The notes under the pieces: model-generated
Database searches by the model: none
What the model saw: only the letters and a program-made list of their open reading frames with translations
What the model was told of the DNA's origin: nothing
From: Eledone cirrhosa
Taxonomy: Eukaryota
DNA length: 64,000 nucleotides
NCBI GenBank assembly: GCA_964016885.1
Contig: OZ024765.1
Location: 17,732,001 to 17,796,000 of the forward strand
Reading direction: 5' to 3'
In this document: one piece after another, positions 57,301-64,000 of the stretch
Position numbering within the stretch: the stretch's first letter is position 1
Layout of the letters: every line of letters starts with the position of its first letter
Program-made: the position numbers and the translations under genes

Positions 57301-58450
57301 CCTTGACTAGCACCTACACTATTACCACTACTACCACCAACTTGACTACCACCTACACTATTACTACTACCACCGCCTTGACTAGCACCTACACTATTAC
57401 CACTACTACCCCCACCTTGACTACCACCTACACTATTACTACTACTACCACCTTGACTAGCACCTACACTATTCCTACTATTACCACCACCTTGACTAGC
57501 ACCTACACTATCACTACTACTACTACCACCCTGACTAGCACCTACACTATTACCACTACTACCACCACCCTAACTAGCACCTACACTATTACCACTACTA
57601 CCACCAACTTGACTACCACCTACACTATTACTACTACTGCCACCACCTTGACTAGCACCTACACTATTACTACTACCACCACCACCTTGACTAGCACCTA
57701 CACTATTACCACTACTACCACCTTGACTAGCACCTACACTACTATTACTACTACTACTATCACCACCTTGACTAGCACCTACACTATTACCACTACTACC
57801 ACCTTGACTAGCACCTACACTATTACTACTACTACCACCTTGACTAGCACCTACACTATTACTACTACTACCACCACCTTGACTAGAACCTACACTATTA
57901 CTACTATTACCACCACCTTGACTAGCACATACACTATTACCACTACTACCACCACCTTGACTAGCACCTACACTATTACTACTACTCCCTCCACCTTGAT
58001 AAGCACCTGCACTATTACTACTACTACCACCACCTTGACTAGCACCTACACTATTACTACTACCACCACCACCTTGACTAGCACCTACACTATTACCACT
58101 ACTACCACCTTGACTAGCACCTACACTACTATTACTACTACTACTATCACCACCTTGACTAGCACCTACACTATTACCACTACTACCACCTTGACTAGCA
58201 CCTACACTACTATTACTACTACTACTATCACCACCTTGACTAGCACCTACACTATTACCACTACTACCACCTTGACTAGCACCTACACTACTATTACTAC
58301 TACTACTATCACCACCTTGACTAGCACCTACACTATTACCACTACTACCACCTTGACTAGCACCTACACTACTATTACTACTACTACTATCACCACCTTG
58401 ACTAGCACCTACACTATTACCACTACTACCACCTTGACTAGCACCTACAC
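30378..58450. repeat. ~28-kb satellite, 36-39-bp monomer ACCTTGACTAGCACCTACACTATTACTACTACTACCACC, with higher-order repeats
   Basis: Roughly 700+ monomers (estimated from length); rare variants recur at multi-kb spacing; five inverted patches. Confidence 0.98.
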
Positions 58451-58544
58451 TTGCTTGCTTTGACACATTCAGAACATAAACTGGCAACATGTGACTTTGA
58501 AAGAAATATATGCCTGCCCCTCACCCATATCTGTCATTGCTCCA

Positions 58545-59335
58545 AACAATGGTTTTTAACTTAGGCACAAGGCCAGCAATTACCCAGTACATTACTGGTA
58601 CTTTATTTTATCCACCCTGTAAGGATGAAAGGCGAAGTTAACCGCGGTGGGATTTGAACTCAGATTGTAAAGGGACGTAACTACGCTGGAAAGCATGTCT
58701 GACCCTCTGCCAATACTGCCCATTCACCGTCGTTGCTCCAAATAATTGTTTCTACTTTGGCACAAGGCCAGCAATTACCCAATGCAATACTGGTACTTTA
58801 TTTTATCGACCCCGTAAGGATGAAAGGCAAAGTCAACCTCGGCGGGATTTGAACTCAGATCGTAAAGGGACGTAACTATGCTGGAAAGCATGGCGTCCGA
58901 GCCTCTACTGATACTGCCAATCCACCGTCGTTGCTCCAAATAATGCTTTCTAACTTGGGCACAATGCCAACAAGTTTGGGAGAGGGGGCAATCGATTGAA
59001 TCGGTCCCAGTGCATTACTGGTACTTTTATTTCATCGATCCCATAAATATGGAAGGCAAGGTTAACCGTAGTGGAATTGGAACATTGAACATAAAGGGAC
59101 GCAACTCTATGCCATAAAGCATATTGGCCGACGCTCTACCGATACTGCCAATTCATTTCTCCAACTGATCACTATGAATACTGGTTTCTGATTTAGGCAC
59201 AAAAAAAATCTCATGTTGATGCGCAATCTGCATCTGGCAGAGTATAGCACCAAAAAAAGAAAAAGAAGAATTTTATCGATCTCGTAAATATGAAAGGCAA
59301 AGCTAACCTCGGCGGGATTTGAAAACTCGCAACTT
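58545..59335 (-). mobile_element. Tandem cluster of about four SINE family 2 copies
   Basis: Repeated CTGGTACTTTATTTTATCGACCCCGTAAGGATGAAAGGCAAAG...GGCGGGATTTGAACTCAG...ATACTGCCAAT at about 200-bp spacing. Confidence 0.85.
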
Positions 59336-59569
59336 AAATAGCTTAGCAAACCAGCTAAAAATAGCCCTACAGACGGGAAAAGTGGTCAGCATCCGTTATG
59401 GAGTTTGTAACGGCTGGTGAACCCTGTTTTTCTGTCTATAGGGGATATTTTACCCAATTTTCTAATAACGGTCAATTATATTCTCTGCGTTTAGGATTCC
59501 CACATTTCCAAATTAAATTGTTTTTATTTATATTGTGTATAGAGATCGATAGATCCATGTATAGATATT

Positions 59570-59723
59570 TCTCTCTCTCTCAATTTTCTCTCTCTCTCTC
59601 TCTCTACATACATATATATATGTGTGCGTAGTATGTATATATATATATGTGTGTATGTGTGCGTATATGTGTGTATATATGTGTGTGTATATATGTGTGT
59701 GTATATATGTGTGTGTATATATG

Positions 59724-59811
<88 letters not shown>

Positions 59812-59874
59812 TACAAATATAAGCACACGTGCACACACACACTGAGAGATACACACACACTCACACACACACAC

Positions 59875-59906
<32 letters not shown>

Positions 59907-59936
59907 ATACACAAAGATGGCGAGATAGTGATACCG

Positions 59937-60010
<74 letters not shown>
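59570..60010. repeat. (TC)n, (TG/TA)n and (GATA)n microsatellites
   Basis: Direct reading. Confidence 0.95.
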
Positions 60011-60680
60011 AGGCAAAGGATGATGATAGCATAACCATGGTGATGATGGGAGGAAGAGGCCAGTACAGGTCTGATGTGAACTAAAGTATCTTTGAAATAA
60101 ACTAAGGTATTAATTTTCCGTTATTTTCCCTCCGTCGTGTCAATCTTCTGTTTGAGAGTCACGTTTAGTCAGTATTTAACCAGAGACCGCCAACTCTTCT
60201 TTATTTTAACTCTATGGCAATCTCTAATATCTACACACATTGATAAAACCATGTTAATCTAGCTGCCTTTCTTACTGTCCTCCTTTCTTTATTTTCCTCC
60301 TTATTGTTGTTGTTTTTCTTGTTTGTTTTTGCCTGCATTATTATGTGTGAATGGGCCTACTCTGACCATGTGCCTATAGGCTGGCTAACTTGAGGAGATG
60401 GGTGCTCTCCCTGGGTGCCCCAGAAGCGGAGGGTAGTTCAGGATTGGTGGGGTACCTGAAGCACCCCAGGGTCGTACACCCCCTATGGGGGAATTTATTT
60501 TGATATATTTATGCATAGTTTATTTTATATTTTTATATCTTCATTGTTAAATTAGACTTGCCATTGTGCACTTTTACTCCACCTTATTGTAAACCCCACT
60601 GTCCCTGTCTTTGTATTGTCCCCTACATGTCGGCCCTGGTGGCTAATAAATGAAATCATTATTATTATTATTATATACAG

Positions 60681-60866
60681 GGCGGTGGATTGGCAGTATC
60701 GGTAGAGGGTCGGACGCCATGCTTTGACGCATAGAGTTACGGCCCTTGCCATACTGAGTTCAAATCCCGCCGAGGTTAACTTTGCCTTTCATCCTTAAGG
60801 GGTCGATAAAATAAAGTACCAGTAATGTACTGAGTAATTGCTGGCCTTGTGCCAAAAGTAGAAACA

Positions 60867-60902
<36 letters not shown>

Positions 60903-60903
60903 G
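60681..60903 (+). mobile_element. SINE family 2, full length with (TTA)n tail
   Basis: GGCGGTGGATTGGCAGTATCGGTAGAG...GAGTTCAAATCCC...GTAGAAACAA(TTA)n. Confidence 0.88.
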
Positions 60904-63220
60904 TTCTTTGAGTCTCAGTCATTGATGTTAGTTAACTGGAAAGTTTGTTGAAATGAATATCAAGCCACTACCTGCAGCCTCAGATATTCAGGACGTATCG
61001 GAGGGTTCTTGCTGTTCCCAGCAAGCATGCCTTTTGAAGTGTTCCAAAAAGCGGGGCGGGGCCAATTTTCTTTAACCATCCCTGGAAACTCTTTGAGATA
61101 GTACCTAGTGCGCCTATGACAATCGGGACTACTTTGACTTTATGGCAGTTCCCAAATCCTTTTTACCTCCCACTTCAAGTCCTGGTATCGGTTAATTTTC
61201 TCCCTCTCCTTCTCTTGCACTCTCGTGTCAAATGGGCAGGCTACATCCACAATCAGGCATGATCTTTTTTCCTTGTCCAAAACCACCAGGTCAGGCCTAT
61301 TGTGTTCCAGTTTCTTGTCCGTCTGTATCCTAAAATCCCACAGCACCTTCACCTGATCGTGTTCTATCACCGACTCTGGCTTATGCTCATACCACTTCTC
61401 AGAATGTGGTCAATTGTTTACTTTGCATAGGTGCCAGTGGATCATCCTGCCCATCACATCATGTCCCCCGCCTGGGCTAGGTGTTTACACTCGGATACAA
61501 GTGTCTCCTCTCTCTCTACAGATCCTACACAATGGGCTAGCCTCCTCCTTGTAAATATGGTGTTTCACCCACTTAGTTCTGAGGGCCTGCTCTTACGCAG
61601 CCATTAGCATTCCTTCTGTAGCGTTTTTAAGGTCTCCTCTTTTTAACCAGTTCCATGTTTGTGGATCTCTAAATTCAGTTTTCTCAAAGAAGGTACTATG
61701 AAGGGATTTTTCATGAAAGTTGCTCTTCCTCCTTGCTGTTATTTCCTCCTTGGACATCCCCTGGTCTATTGTCCTCTCCTTCAGTACAATTCTGAGCATT
61801 GGCTCCCTACTGTCAGTCACGTATTTGTGCAGGTTGTTTTTCTCCATCTGAACACAGTCCTCTATGCTGATAAGACCTCTTCCACCTTCAAATCTCGTTA
61901 AGTAGAATCTATCGACATCACTCCTCTTGTGGAACATGTTGTAGATAGTCAATAGCTTCCTAGTCTTCCTATCCATTTCTTTTTGTTCAGCAACATTCCA
62001 TTTCAGAATTCCCGCACTGTACCTAATAATAGACACAGCTCGGTAATTCACTGCACTTATGACATTCCTACTATTTAGTTGTGATTTTAATACGCTCCTT
62101 ACTCTCCTAATGTACTCAGATCTTATCAATTCCTTCATTTTTTTTGTTCTTGATGTCATCTGCCTCCAGAAAACCTAAATATTTGTATCCTTCTTCAGTG
62201 TCAATTTCGTTTATCATCTCACCTGTTGGTACCTGGATTCCGTTGCTTCTGCTCAATTTACTACTAGGACTCCACACTTATTAATACCAAATTCCATACA
62301 TATATCATTGCTGAAAATACGGACAGTGTCAACAAGTACATCCAACTCCTTCTCACTCTTTCCAAAGAGTTTAAGATCGTCCATGAAGAGGCGGTGGTTG
62401 ATGGTAAGCTCTCCTTTTCCGAACTTGTATCCTGTTCTCACTTTTCGCAATATAACGGTCAGGGGTATCAGGGCAAGGACAAACAGCAGAGGGGACAAAC
62501 TATCTCCCTGGAAGATACCTCTCTTGATCTTCACGCCTCCCAAAGATTCTCCACCCGATGTTAACTCTGTTTCCCAGGACTTCATAATTTTGCTAAACAA
62601 CTGTCTGATGTTATCTACCACCTTGAAGATCTCTAGGCTTTTGGTTATCCAAGAATGAGGTACCATATCGAATGCCTTTTTGTAATTTATCCATCCCATG
62701 GCAAGACAAGTGTGCCTCCTTTTGCAATTCCTCATTACCATCTAATCAATAAGTAACTGGTTTTTTGTACCACGGGACTTCTTCCGGCATCCTTTCTGTT
62801 CGTCCGGTAGCAAGTTGTTTATGTGCAGGTGATGGTAGATTTCCTCAGACACAATGCTTGTTAACAGTTTCCACATTACGGACAGACATGTGATGGGCCT
62901 ATAGTTGGTAACATTATTACCCTTGATACCGCCTAATATTTGCACTTTTTGCTACAATGCGTTGCTTCAGTTCCTCTATGATAATATTTAGCTTTTTCCC
63001 CCTAGTTTTGTATTTTATTTCCAATCTATCTTTAGTGTCTATATTTTGTAATGTCCCATTCAGTAAGGACTCAAGCTTTCCAATGTCTTTTCTCATTTCC
63101 TTGATTTGACCATTCAGTCGTTTCTTCCACCAAGGTTCTGATCTTTCTTGTTTGTTGTTTCCTCTTGTATTTATGCCAAGTAATTTCCTCACCGCATTTG
63201 CAGTTTCTTTGAGGATATTG
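60904..63220 (-). mobile_element. R4/Dong-like non-LTR retrotransposon (RT plus restriction-like endonuclease), decayed and 5'-truncated
   Basis: [79 protein letters not shown]-terminus LQKACLLGTARTLRYVLNI*; stops and frameshifts; ends in (TAA)n. Confidence 0.9.
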
Positions 63221-63224
63221 TTGC

Positions 63225-63900
63225 ATTGGACTTGGCCAGGTTTAAAACGGGTCATGTATCCTTGTGAGAAATAGGCCGGAGTCAAACCTGGCCAAAGATG
63301 GACATCGCCAGGTTTTACACTGGTCATATGTTATCTTGTAAGATAAAGGCCGGAGTGAAATCTGACGTCGTAGTCCAGAATAGGTGTCACTGGGCTTTAC
63401 ACTGGTCATCTGTCACCTAGTAAGATATCGGCCTGAGTTAAACCTGACCTCGGAATCCAGGATGGATGTCATCAGGTTTTACACTGGTCATCAGTGACCT
63501 CGTAAGATATAGGTCGGAGTAAAACCTGAGTACAGACCAAAGGATGGATGTCGCCAGGGTTTACACTAGTCATCTGTACCTTGTAAGATATAGGTTCGAG
63601 TCGCACCTGACCACCGAGTCCAGGATGGATGTCATCAGGTTTTACACTGGTTATCTGTCATCTCGTAAGATATAGGTCGGACTAAAATCTGACCACGGAA
63701 TCCAGGATAGACGTCTCCGGGTTTCAAATTGGTTTTGTGTCACCTTGTAAGAAAGTGACTGTGGACAAACCAGGCCAAGTGTGGTTGTAAGGATGGACTT
63801 CGCTAGGTTTAAAACTGGTTATGTGTTACCTTGTAAGAAATAGGCCAACACACATCGCCAAAGATGGACATAGCCAGGTTTAATACCGGTCATGAGTTAC
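63225..63900. repeat. ~82-bp diverged tandem repeat with internal inverted symmetry
   Basis: GGATGGATGTCATCAGGTTTTACACTGGTCATC..GTAAGATATAGGTCGGAGTAAAACCTGA, about 8 copies. Confidence 0.85.
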
Positions 63901-64000
63901 CTTATTTGTTGGGTGTTCCCTCCAAGACACGTTTAAAACAGCGCGGAGCATACGTGTGTATGCCCCGTCTAGATTTTTCTCCAGTTTCGACGTTAGCGTC

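Noticed and set aside
30796-58463. Thr-rich mucin or TxT-type ice-binding protein gene (LTSTYTITTTTTT repeats)
   Set aside because: ORFs mostly begin at TTG inside the repeat. In-frame stops, 38-bp frameshifting monomers and inversions are copied through the HOR blocks. No signal peptide or unique domain is seen, and the open frames follow from ACT/ACC triplet structure.
60340-60660. Possible LINE 3' UTR ending in AATAAA and a short tail
   Set aside because: No adjoining coding remnant or second copy in the window

Overview
Eukaryotic, gene-poor, repeat-dense DNA. A cephalopod (Octopus-like) source is inferred from the very high (TA)n/(GT)n/(GA)n/(GATA)n microsatellite load and the tRNA-derived SINE families; this was not verified. 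No intact cellular protein-coding gene can be supported, and most ORF-track entries are translations of microsatellites. About 28 kb (30378-58450) is a 36-39-bp satellite with a nested higher-order structure and five short internal inversions. The rest is a patchwork of decayed transposons: Tx1/L1-like, RTE and R4/Dong-like LINE fragments, two SINE families (one often in tandem), an internally deleted mariner, and a non-autonomous Helitron whose empty site is visible in a paralogous copy. The most notable signal missed by the ORF track is a dense set of minimal type I hammerhead ribozyme (HHR) motifs from several families. Six fold with a complete core (8288, 9159, 18342, 24464, 27058, 27167). 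A 6 x 155-bp retrozyme-like tandem array has a variant core (13279-14208). Several HHRs sit in fold-back cassettes resembling Penelope-like pseudo-LTRs. All folds were read by eye and none has been tested.
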